Assembly (NCBI GenBank): GCA_049517415.1
Contig: JBEKSC010000019.1
Location: 1-55,145 of the forward strand
DNA length: 55,145 bases
Direction of reading: 5' to 3'
Origin: Candidatus Bathyarchaeia archaeon
GTDB taxonomy: Archaea; Thermoproteota; Bathyarchaeia; 40CM-2-53-6
This document shows, piece after piece, positions 1 through 10,374 of this stretch. A program made the translations under genes and the position numbers. Below the pieces are notes generated by a model. It did no database searches. It was not told where the DNA came from and worked only from the letters and a program-made list of their open reading frames with translations. Each line of letters opens with the position of its first letter. Position 1 is the first letter of the stretch.

Positions 1-91
1 TGCACGGTGTTCATCATGATCATTCTAGCGGATGACCACTACACCCTTAGCCACTGAGCGAAGGCTCAGCAGCCGCATTATCGGACGGTTA

Positions 92-129
92 GGCTTACAG
101 TCATAACTCATTTGCATTCCAGCCCGTTC
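92..129 (-). other. 3' arm of the pre-16S processing stem
   Basis: Complementary to 1749-1783 in the transcript. Confidence 0.8.
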
Positions 130-140
130 GAAGTTTACTA

Positions 141-1689
<1,549 letters not shown>

Positions 1690-1748
1690 TGGCAAGCTGA
1701 CCGATTAGCTAGGACGATTTTTTGGAAAAACAGCCGTTTAAAGAAATT

Positions 1749-1783
1749 GAACGGACTGGAATTTAGCAGAATGACTGCAAGCC
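1749..1783 (-). other. 5' arm of the pre-16S processing stem (pairs with 92-129)
   Basis: Sense GGCUUGCAGUCAU...AUUCCAGUCCGUUC pairs with downstream GAACGGGCUGGAAU...AUGACUGUAAGCC, with a BHB-like bulged centre. Confidence 0.8.
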
Positions 1784-1984
1784 AATCTTGGACCCAAACT
1801 TTCATGGGAGCCGTGAGGAACCCAAGTTTGTTTAGGCCTTCATCACTGTTCCCGCAATTGGAGGTCAACATTTCATCCAAGGGCTCTAGCCCTGCTAAGT
1901 CAAGTTGACGCCGCCGCCGGGTTAATCGCGGGAAGTCGACTCATCGAAAGGACGAGTTGACAAATTCTAGTTAGGCCTTCGGCG

Positions 1985-1994
1985 TTAATATAAG
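1985..1994 (-). promoter_or_regulatory. Putative TATA box of the rRNA promoter
   Basis: CTTATATTAA on the minus strand upstream of the 16S leader. Confidence 0.45.
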
Positions 1995-2096
1995 CATGCC
2001 GATGTTAAAGAAATGAGAATACGTTCCAAATCGTTGAATCGAAACGCATAGAACAAGCCGACCGACTCCAACTCCTAAGAAAAATGTGGTGGCTCT

Positions 2097-3368
2097 TTGG
2101 GGAAGAAAGAAGCCGACCTTATCATCGAACACGCAAAGCAGCTGATCACAGCGAAGGGGCACCGAGCGCGCCCCGCCATAGGAACTGAAATGGAAGACCT
2201 AGGAATGATTGAAGACGGCGCCGTAGCCGTCTCGAACGGTAGAATCATGGCGGCTGGGAAATCGAACGAAGTCCTCGGCGATTACAGCGCCGTTGAAAGA
2301 ATCGACGCAACCGGCAGAGTTGTCATGCCAGGGTTCGTCGACGCCCACACACACTTGGTTTTCGCGGGATCGCGTGAGCGTGAGCTCGAGTTGAAAATCA
2401 AGGGTTCAGGGTACATGAAAATCCTGGAGGAAGGAGGAGGAATTCTCAGCACCGTTCGCGATACACGCAGAGCAACCAAAGAAGACCTACTTCATATTTG
2501 CAGGGAACGCTGCAACAACCTAATGCTTCATGGAACGACAACGATCGAAGCAAAAAGCGGCTACGGCCTAACCCTAGATGACGAAATTAAATCACTTGAA
2601 GTCATTATGCAATTAGACCGGGAAGGACCAACGAACCTCGTTCCCACCTTTCTCGGCGCGCACGCAATTCCACCAGAGTACCAAGGGAAAACTGGAGAAT
2701 ACACCACCCTCATCTGCGAAAGGTGGATACCTGAAATCGCGAAACGCAAGCTCGCCGCCTTCTGCGACGTCTTCTGCGAAAAAGACGTTTTCGAGATAGA
2801 GGATTCACGCAGAATCCTCTTGGCAGGAAAAAGCCATGGGCTCGCACCAAGAATTCATGCGGACGAATTCTACCCGCTCGGCGGCGCTGAACTCGCAGCC
2901 GAAGTTGGAGCAGTCTCAGCGGACCACCTGCTACACGTTTCGTCGGCCGGACTGGAGCAGATGAGAGCAAGGGGCGTAATCGCGACATTACTGCCGGCTG
3001 CCCCCTTGACGCTCATGGTGAATGATTACGCTGACGCGAGGCGAATAATTTCCAAAGGAATTCCGATAGCCCTCGGCAGCGACCTCAGCCCAAGTTGTTG
3101 GCTAGAGAATTTCCAACTGGTCATCCAGCTCGCATGCTACAAACTGAAGATGACGCCCGCAGAAGCACTCATCGCAGCGACCATTAACGCCGCACATTCA
3201 ATCCAGAGAGCGAACGAGACGGGAAGTATCGAGGTCGGAAAGAGAGCGGACATGCTAATCCTAAGCGCCCCTGATTTCCGATTTCTCGGCTACCGCCTTG
3301 GCACAAACTTGGTCGACACGGTTCTAATAGATGGAAAAATCGTGGCTCGCGGCGGCCATCTCATTTGA
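2097..3368 (+). CDS. hutI: Imidazolonepropionase
   Basis: MPGFVDAHTHLVFAGSR, EAKSGYGL, GAHA, DVFCE, HADE, SADHL motifs. Confidence 0.95.
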   Translation: MGKKEADLIIEHAKQLITAKGHRARPAIGTEMEDLGMIEDGAVAVSNGRIMAAGKSNEVLGDYSAVERIDATGRVVMPGFVDAHTHLVFAGSRERELELKIKGSGYMKILEEGGGILSTVRDTRRATKEDLLHICRERCNNLMLHGTTTIEAKSGYGLTLDDEIKSLEVIMQLDREGPTNLVPTFLGAHAIPPEYQGKTGEYTTLICERWIPEIAKRKLAAFCDVFCEKDVFEIEDSRRILLAGKSHGLAPRIHADEFYPLGGAELAAEVGAVSADHLLHVSSAGLEQMRARGVIATLLPAAPLTLMVNDYADARRIISKGIPIALGSDLSPSCWLENFQLVIQLACYKLKMTPAEALIAATINAAHSIQRANETGSIEVGKRADMLILSAPDFRFLGYRLGTNLVDTVLIDGKIVARGGHLI

Positions 3369-3421
3369 GAGTGATAATGAAAGTTAAAATCCCGTAACCA
3401 TGGAGCTTTAGGTGAAAGAAT

Positions 3422-5080
3422 TTGCTCAAATTGAAGCCTTCAGTCGCAGATGTCGCCGGGACACAGCTTCACTGCAAGAACTGGCAGATCGAAGGCCCAT
3501 ACAGAATGATTCACAATGTTCTCGACCCAGAAGTTGCAAAGGATCCCGACAACCTCATTGTCTACGGAGGAACTGGCAAAGCCGCGCGCTCCTGGGAATG
3601 CTTTGAGAAGATAACTGAAACTCTGCAGCGGCTAGAACCGAACGAAACGCTGTTGATTCAGAGCGGCAAGCCAGTCGCCGTTTTCGAGACACATGAATGG
3701 GCCCCGCGCGTTCTCATATCAAATGCGATGCTCGTACCAAAGTGGGCCACGTGGGACTACTTCTACGAATTAGAGCAGAAGGGCCTGATAATGTATGGGC
3801 AGATGACTGCTGGATCTTGGGCGTACATAGGAACGCAAGGAATCCTGCAGGGCACTTACGAAACATTATCATCCGTGGCCAAGAAACACTTTGACGGAAC
3901 GCTCAAAGGACGCTTTGTCCTAACTGCTGGGCTTGGGGAAATGGGGGGAGCGCAGCCACTAGCGGTTACAATGAACGATGGCATTGCCCTCGTGGTCGAA
4001 ATCAATAAGGCCGCAATCGACCGCCGACTCAAGCATGGCTTCCTAGGGGAATGGACTGACGATCTCGATGAAGCAATCCAACTGGTGAACGGTGCCAAAG
4101 AATCTAAGAAGAGCCTGAGCGTCGGATTATTAGGTAACGCAGCTGATGTCCACCCGGAATTAGTGAACCGTGGAGTCATCCCAGATATTGTTACCGACCA
4201 GACCTCGGCTCATGACCCTCTCAACGGGTACTACCCCGCCGGCCTGAGTAAAGAAGAGGCCGATGAACTCCGGAAAACTGACCGTGACCTGTACCTTAGT
4301 AGGGCTAAGGAGAGTATGAAGGAGCATGTGAAGGCAATGGCTGCAATGATGCGACAGGGCGCCATCGTCTTCGAGTATGGCAACAACATACGGCAACAAG
4401 CCTACGATGCCGGTTTCAAGGAAGCGTTTGCGTTCTCCGGATTCGTACCCGAGTACATTCGCCCCATGTTCTGTGAAGGTAAGGGCCCCTTTCGGTGGAC
4501 GTCGCTAGTCGGTGTAGAGGATGACATTTTCACGATCGATGAAATGCTCAAGAAAGAGTTCGGTTACAACACGGGGCTTGTGAGATGGATCGATAAAGCT
4601 CGAAGCCAAGTGAAGTTCCAGGGGTTGCCGGCTAGGGTCTGCTGGTTGGGCTATGGGGAAAGAGCAAGGTTTGGCAAGATCGTCAATGACATGGTCGCTT
4701 CCGGAAAACTTTCTGGCCCAATTTGGGTTGGTCGGGACCATTTGGACACCGGGAGTGTGGCGTCTCCCCGAAGGGAAACCGAGAACATGAGGGACGGATC
4801 GGATGCGGTGGCCGACTGGCCAATCCTCAATGCACTGCTGAATGCCGTTGCAGGCGCAACGTGGGTTTCCGTTCACCACGGTGGTGGCGTCGGCATCGGG
4901 TACAGCATTCATGCGGGAATGTGCCTGGTCTTGGATGGGACGAAGGAAATTGAGAAACGCGCTGAACGTGTCCTAACAACTGACCCAGGTCTGGGGATTG
5001 TGAGACATGCTGACGCGGGATACGAGTCCGCCATAAAGGTGGCACGAGAGAAGAAAATTTCGATGCCTATGCTAAAGTGA
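3422..5080 (+). CDS. hutU: Urocanate hydratase
   Basis: [47 protein letters not shown]. Confidence 0.97.
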   Translation: MLKLKPSVADVAGTQLHCKNWQIEGPYRMIHNVLDPEVAKDPDNLIVYGGTGKAARSWECFEKITETLQRLEPNETLLIQSGKPVAVFETHEWAPRVLISNAMLVPKWATWDYFYELEQKGLIMYGQMTAGSWAYIGTQGILQGTYETLSSVAKKHFDGTLKGRFVLTAGLGEMGGAQPLAVTMNDGIALVVEINKAAIDRRLKHGFLGEWTDDLDEAIQLVNGAKESKKSLSVGLLGNAADVHPELVNRGVIPDIVTDQTSAHDPLNGYYPAGLSKEEADELRKTDRDLYLSRAKESMKEHVKAMAAMMRQGAIVFEYGNNIRQQAYDAGFKEAFAFSGFVPEYIRPMFCEGKGPFRWTSLVGVEDDIFTIDEMLKKEFGYNTGLVRWIDKARSQVKFQGLPARVCWLGYGERARFGKIVNDMVASGKLSGPIWVGRDHLDTGSVASPRRETENMRDGSDAVADWPILNALLNAVAGATWVSVHHGGGVGIGYSIHAGMCLVLDGTKEIEKRAERVLTTDPGLGIVRHADAGYESAIKVAREKKISMPMLK

Positions 5081-5091
5081 AGCCGCGCCTG

Positions 5092-5742
5092 TCAAGTTTG
5101 ATAAGTATAGTTGACATTGTAGCCATGTGGCCTACCCTCAGCTGAAAAGACTAAGCCGAGGACGAGGCCGCCTATCAAGCCGAACAGGTGCGCGTAGATG
5201 TTCACGCCGGGCAGCAGGCTGCTTTGAACGAAGAGTATCACGGCGTATACCAAAGCGAATCCCATATGTTGTGCTCTCCTCGCTACTGCCACATAAGAGC
5301 CTACGAGACCGAAGATCGCGCCCGAAGCCCCTCCCGAAAGCGTTGCCGGCGGCAACAAAACCAATGTCATGACACTACCCAGCAGCCCGGACGCAAGGTA
5401 GATTGTTAGAAATTTCGGAGCTGTGAAAGTGGTTTCGTTGAGCCGTCCGAAATAGTATAGGGCGAACATGTTGAAGATTATGTGAGCGAAGCCAAAGTGA
5501 ACAAACATTGAAGTGAACAGCTGCCAATAGAAACCCGCCAACACCAAGTCGTTCTCCTGCGCCAACAATTGACAGATTGACGAAGAGCAATCTCCCGGGT
5601 CTCCGCTGATCAGCATTAATATGAAAACCAGAACGTTGAGGATTATCAGAACGAATGTCGGGGACGAGAAGAAACTTCCTCGCCTCCCGTATGAGGGACC
5701 GTAACCAACGAAGTTCAAGGTTGAATTCGATTGGCTCGGCAC
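5092..5742 (-). CDS. Rhomboid intramembrane serine protease
   Basis: WQLFTSMFVH, HIIFNM, GASG and AHLFG motifs. Confidence 0.93.
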   Translation of the reverse strand: MPSQSNSTLNFVGYGPSYGRRGSFFSSPTFVLIILNVLVFILMLISGDPGDCSSSICQLLAQENDLVLAGFYWQLFTSMFVHFGFAHIIFNMFALYYFGRLNETTFTAPKFLTIYLASGLLGSVMTLVLLPPATLSGGASGAIFGLVGSYVAVARRAQHMGFALVYAVILFVQSSLLPGVNIYAHLFGLIGGLVLGLVFSAEGRPHGYNVNYTYQT

Positions 5743-5816
5743 CTTATTTAAATGGGTTTTCGCGCCCGCAACAGAATACGAAACATTTCTGTATTGCGAG
5801 GTAGGTTAGAATTAGT

Positions 5817-6115
5817 GGGTTGGCGAGTTGGTGAGCGACTCCGGGTCCTGTGTGTAGTGGGCCTGAGGAAACTCCATCCACATGGCGGACGCGTGGCACT
5901 GTGAGGTGCCAGCCGAGAGGTTGGGTTAAGGCGCAGAAAAAAACCTCTGCTAGCCGTGGACTATGATGCGCTTGCGTTGAGGAGGCTGGCGGTAAGGGTG
6001 AAATGCCTACACACGCTGTGAAAGGGATAATAGGCGCCCGTGAAAACCGCCGGAGGCGCGGGTATCCCGATTAGATGAATGTCGCCTAAAACAGAAGGTG
6101 GGTTACAGCCAACAC
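5817..6115 (+). ncRNA. rnpB: RNase P RNA
   Basis: GAGGAAACTCC (CR-I) and AACAGAAGGTGGGTTAC (CR-V); terminal GTTGGC/GCCAAC P1 pairing. Confidence 0.9.
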
Positions 6116-6332
6116 GCCGACCCGTTACATTATTTACCGCATTTTCAAAATCTCGCTTGTTTCCAGCTGTTTGCATTTCTGCTTGAACAATGTCGCTTTG
6201 TACGTGCATGTACGTACGTTTTCCAGTGGAGTCAGCGATTGCTTGCTCGGTTAGCCTGCTTGTATTAATTCCAAGAGCTTTTGCTTGCCGAACCAAATCG
6301 CTATCCACACGAAGAGTAAGCTTCTGTCTCAT
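5961..6332 (-). CDS. CcdA/RHH-like small DNA-binding (antitoxin-like) protein; the ORF tail runs antisense into rnpB
   Basis: MRQKLTLRVDSDLVRQAKALGINTSRLTEQAI resembles CcdA-family N-termini; the C-terminal part is just antisense rnpB. Confidence 0.55.
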   Translation of the reverse strand: MRQKLTLRVDSDLVRQAKALGINTSRLTEQAIADSTGKRTYMHVQSDIVQAEMQTAGNKRDFENAVNNVTGRRVGCNPPSVLGDIHLIGIPAPPAVFTGAYYPFHSVCRHFTLTASLLNASAS

Positions 6333-6339
6333 TGCATCT

Positions 6340-6567
6340 TCACCGCTTTGCTTCTATGAAAGAATCCTTGTCATATTCTGGCTCAAAGTTTGGATACTGC
6401 TTCTTTAGGGCCGCAATAGAACCATTCAACACGTCTTCTTTGCTGTGATACTGCGCATTCTTTCCAAGACTATTCATCCTTAAACTCTGGAAAAAGCCTC
6501 GAAGCATGTTCTGCTCAAAAGTCCCTCTCGGAATATGTTGCAGTTCCTTCTCCACCTTCTCTCTCAT
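6340..6567 (-). CDS. Small hypothetical protein
   Basis: 75-aa ORF co-oriented with the island genes, 7 nt from the next ORF. Confidence 0.55.
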   Translation of the reverse strand: MREKVEKELQHIPRGTFEQNMLRGFFQSLRMNSLGKNAQYHSKEDVLNGSIAALKKQYPNFEPEYDKDSFIEAKR

Positions 6568-6816
6568 CTTTCTTAGCTTCTCCGCACCAGCGAACCGCTT
6601 TACAAGAATATTTCCCAGTTCATCTTAGGGCACAAATACACAAAGCCGATCTAGAACGATTAGGCTATAGCAATTCAGCCTGGATAGGGCACAGTATACT
6701 ATTGCCCTTTTTGCAAGACGTTGAGTCAATGGGTCGATATTGGTGGTTGCTGTTAGACAGGTGGTTCTGGCACGAAAAGTGTTAGCCATACTCATTGTCA
6801 TTGAATCCGTGGCAGC

Positions 6817-7569
6817 CTAAATCTTCGACTTGACTCTATCAATTAAATCAAGTAACAATTGCGTCATTTCAGCGATCTTTAGTTTCTCCAGTTGTTTCAT
6901 CGATTCAAGATATTCCATAACCTTGTGAACTTTAGAGTTAGCATCTCGCCTGAACGGCTTGACCAGTGAGAGGAACTTAGTAATTCTCTCTTGTTGATCA
7001 ACGTCATACCCAGATCGGTTCAATTCAAGATTCTCTATTAGAACAGAGAAATCACGAGCTCTTCCGCCCAAGCGGGTGTCATAATAGATGTCGTACCTTC
7101 CAGTCTTACCGAACCCGTATTCAAGGAGATTGTAAACGAGGTTCTCGATAAGCTTCCTTGTCAGCATCAAAGCGGCATTGGGAAGGCTGGGGTTGTTATA
7201 GGCAGTATTGATTTCATTTTCGAGTCTATCGTAAAATACTTCAGGGTACTTGCCTTGAAAGTTCAAGAAGCGTTTGAAAGGAGGAGTTTTCGGTTTCCCA
7301 GAACTTTTTGATTTACCTTTGGCTTCTACGATAATCGGTATGTTCTGACTGCTCAGGTATTTGTTCAAGTCTGTGATTGTTTCAGATTTGACTGCGTAAC
7401 TTGGCTTTTGAATGTTTATCCCTTGCTCATGTGCAAGAAGTAGGAGTGCCACATCTCGATCTGCAATTCGTGCTTGAACCGCTTTGTCAGCTACTCGATT
7501 TCGTAGCTGTCGTGGTTTGATATCAAGTACCTTGCAGACCTTATCTCTAAGATTCTTCGATAGAGTCAT
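6817..7569 (-). CDS. HEPN-like (DUF4145/Swt1/Abi-like) domain protein
   Basis: AALMLTRKLIENLV helix and R-x6-H motif (RDANSKVH) in the C-terminal half. Confidence 0.6.
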   Translation of the reverse strand: MTLSKNLRDKVCKVLDIKPRQLRNRVADKAVQARIADRDVALLLLAHEQGINIQKPSYAVKSETITDLNKYLSSQNIPIIVEAKGKSKSSGKPKTPPFKRFLNFQGKYPEVFYDRLENEINTAYNNPSLPNAALMLTRKLIENLVYNLLEYGFGKTGRYDIYYDTRLGGRARDFSVLIENLELNRSGYDVDQQERITKFLSLVKPFRRDANSKVHKVMEYLESMKQLEKLKIAEMTQLLLDLIDRVKSKI

Positions 7570-7843
7570 TTGAGTCCTTTTTGCCTGTCTTTGGTTTCTT
7601 AGTCTCTTTCTTCTTGGTTTCCAATGCTAGAGCTATTGCTTGTTGAGTCTTTCCAAGGATATCACCAATTTCAGACTGACTAAGACCAAAACTCCTGAGA
7701 AACCGAGCATTTCGAGCGGTATCTTCCGACTTCAACTGGGCCGCAGCTAGGACTTTCACTAAACTGTGAAGGACATTGATCAGTTCACTAAATTGCGACT
7801 TATCGAAGGAAACACTTACCGTTTCTTTCTCTTTGGAACTCAT
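7547..7843 (-). CDS. Small HTH protein
   Basis: GLSQSEIGDILGKTQQAIALAL; overlaps both neighbours (operon). Confidence 0.7.
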   Translation of the reverse strand: MSSKEKETVSVSFDKSQFSELINVLHSLVKVLAAAQLKSEDTARNARFLRSFGLSQSEIGDILGKTQQAIALALETKKKETKKPKTGKKDSNDSIEES

Positions 7844-8091
7844 TGCTCCACTTTCTTCTTAGAATACTTTCCACTCAGTATTCTGCTGATTGTCGGCTGA
7901 GAGGTGTGAAGTATCTTTGAGATCTCAAATTGATCGTAGCCTGCAGCACTTAACAACCATGCGTTTTTCCACAGTTCATCATCTGTAATCTTTTGGATGG
8001 CTCCGATTGCCATAGCCTTGATATAGCATTGGAGTAGCGTTCGAAGCTCCTTAAACTGGGAATCAGTAAGGGTTAGTCCCTGCTTTTCCAT
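7840..8091 (-). CDS. Small HTH protein (start uncertain; ORF open to 8160)
   Basis: GYDQFEISKILHTSQPTISRIL; ATGA-type overlap with the downstream gene. Confidence 0.7.
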   Translation of the reverse strand: MEKQGLTLTDSQFKELRTLLQCYIKAMAIGAIQKITDDELWKNAWLLSAAGYDQFEISKILHTSQPTISRILSGKYSKKKVEQ

Positions 8092-8572
8092 CCAACGGCC
8101 AGCTACGTTGGGAATGAGAACTAATTCAAGTGATAAAAGTCCTTTGAAGAATGTATGCATTATCTTACGATAGTAAAACCGAAATGGCTCATTACGTAAG
8201 GAATACTCTTCCGCACATCAATCGGTAACCTTGAAGCATTATTGCACTGACTACCTAGCATTCTTGTTGTTAGGTTCTACACAAAAGATACGGAAAAGGA
8301 ACGAAAAATCGTAGTAACTCTAAGCTACAAAAACATCTGTATTATGCCGTGTACACACCACCGTCGGGTTCGCCGGCTGACAGGTCTTTAATCGGCAAGC
8401 TCGCTAAGACAGCCAACGCCAGACCGACAAGCATCTTTGCTTTGGACATGCAATTACCCCTGTTTAAGTGTTGGTATTAAATACTTTATTTTTTACAAGA
8501 AAAGGGCCCTTATTAGGTAAAGGTATTTCTTCAAGTCCGAACTGTCTGGTCGGTTCGAGAGAAAAGAGAGAC

Positions 8573-9358
8573 TTGATCAAGAGTACAATCCTTCTAGAGA
8601 CTCTCGGGCGCCTATTGACTTTCCAGGATACGCGTTCTGGTACGGTAGGACTAGTTCTGGGGGGTGTGGGAGTCGGAAAATCGGTCCTCTGTATGCAGGT
8701 GGCCCATGAGGCCCTGGCTGAAGGACGACCGGTTCTCTACCAGACCACCGACTTTTCACCGAGCCAGATCCTCGACCGGATGAACCGCTTTGGGTGGGAC
8801 GACGCCATCTACCTAAGAAAGACCCTCAAATTCGTTGACATGTACTCTTGGCAGATTGACGGAGACACGAAATTAAGTCAGACTCCATATGGGATAAGAG
8901 TTAGCCCGTTGAACGGAACAGACTTAGGCCTTGCATCTAGGGAAACAATGAAGTCTATCGAAGAACTGCGGCCCGTAACCATTTTGGATTCACTAACCAC
9001 ACTAACGAAATTCACCAGCGAGGCTGAAATGTGCAGACGCGATCAGCTATTCAACGCTCGAATCCGAGAGTCTGGAGTCGGTTTGAAGACCATGGTTCCG
9101 AGCGCTCATTCAAAGGACTACGTCAACTCCATTGCAGCATACTATGATGCTGTAGTCGAACTCAAACTGGACCTCAATGGCACAGGTCAACGAAGACTTC
9201 CTGAAGGTGAGCCGGTACGCCACCTCAGGATTCGTAAGTGGAACGGCCCACATCCGGTTGAGTCTATCCCATTCGTCATCACTGAGGCCGGTGTGGAATT
9301 GAAGACTGAGGCATCGAGCACCGTTGTTATAGAAAGCCTGAGGAAATGGCCACAGTAG
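8573..9358 (+). CDS. KaiC/RAD55-like ATPase, divergent
   Basis: Walker A GGVGVGKS, ILDSLT, RHLRIRK; lacks the EE pair (TTDF); start uncertain. Confidence 0.8.
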   Translation: MIKSTILLETLGRLLTFQDTRSGTVGLVLGGVGVGKSVLCMQVAHEALAEGRPVLYQTTDFSPSQILDRMNRFGWDDAIYLRKTLKFVDMYSWQIDGDTKLSQTPYGIRVSPLNGTDLGLASRETMKSIEELRPVTILDSLTTLTKFTSEAEMCRRDQLFNARIRESGVGLKTMVPSAHSKDYVNSIAAYYDAVVELKLDLNGTGQRRLPEGEPVRHLRIRKWNGPHPVESIPFVITEAGVELKTEASSTVVIESLRKWPQ

Positions 9359-9400
9359 TGAAAGACATCCCAATCATAGGCACGTTACAAGTGACTCGAT

Positions 9401-10174
9401 TTGAAGCAGACGGTTGCGCGGACACTTACTGGAATTCCCGGTCTGGATGAGATCACGGGAGGAGGGTTTCCCCAAGGCCGAGTATTGTTGGTCCTAGGAG
9501 AACCAGGCGCAGGCAAGACAATCCTTTGTTCCCAATTTCTCGCCGATGGAATGACCAAGTTCGCCGAAAATGGGCTATTCGTCAGCTTAGAAGAGAGTAG
9601 GAAACACTGGAATCGTGAGATGGTACAATTCGGCTGGGACTTTACTTCAGCCGAGAAGCAGGGAAAATTCGCCTTCGTTGACGCGTCTCCCATACGGACG
9701 ATTCCGGGCGAAGTAAAAATCGGAAAACTCACGATAGGAAAACAGGATTTCTCATTGATGAGTTTGCTGGAAGTCATTAGAAGCAAAGCGAAAGCAATCG
9801 ATGCTAGGCGGATAGTTGTAGACCCTGTGTCATTGTTCATCTTCCAGTATCTTGACGAAAGCCAAAGCCGAAAGGCAGTTTTGGACCTGGTAGAAGCTCT
9901 TTCCGAAACTGGCGCTACGTGCCTCCTCTCATCTGAGCTACGTCGAGTCGGAATCACTGGCCGTACACTTCAGGCAGAGGAGTATTTGGTGCATGGGGTG
10001 ATTCTAATGCAGACGGTGCCAAACGGTTCAACCATGGACCGAATAATTCAGGTCGGAAAGATGCGAGAGACTCATATCGACCATCAGCCACGACCATACA
10101 AAATCACTCAGAACGGCATCGAAGTCTACCCGAGAGAAAGCCTAGCCTGGAATCCCATAGATATGCGAACTTAG
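9401..10174 (+). CDS. KaiC-like ATPase
   Basis: TGIPGLDEITGGG, GEPGAGKT, SLEE, EEYLVHGVI, KMRET. Confidence 0.92.
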   Translation: MKQTVARTLTGIPGLDEITGGGFPQGRVLLVLGEPGAGKTILCSQFLADGMTKFAENGLFVSLEESRKHWNREMVQFGWDFTSAEKQGKFAFVDASPIRTIPGEVKIGKLTIGKQDFSLMSLLEVIRSKAKAIDARRIVVDPVSLFIFQYLDESQSRKAVLDLVEALSETGATCLLSSELRRVGITGRTLQAEEYLVHGVILMQTVPNGSTMDRIIQVGKMRETHIDHQPRPYKITQNGIEVYPRESLAWNPIDMRT

Positions 10175-10374
10175 AAACGCCCGCGAAGCCATCGTTAAGG
10201 CAACACAAATACGAACGCGGCTGCTGCGGCCTGGAAGATCTGCAAAAGCTACAATCCGGGTTACGACTGTTTCACGACTGATTCCAATTTCCAGAATGGT
10301 CTTTTCAGGCACTTTATCGCGAGTTGGAATGCTAACTTATTCCTTATCGCGACTCTACAAAAGCTCAGGATGAT

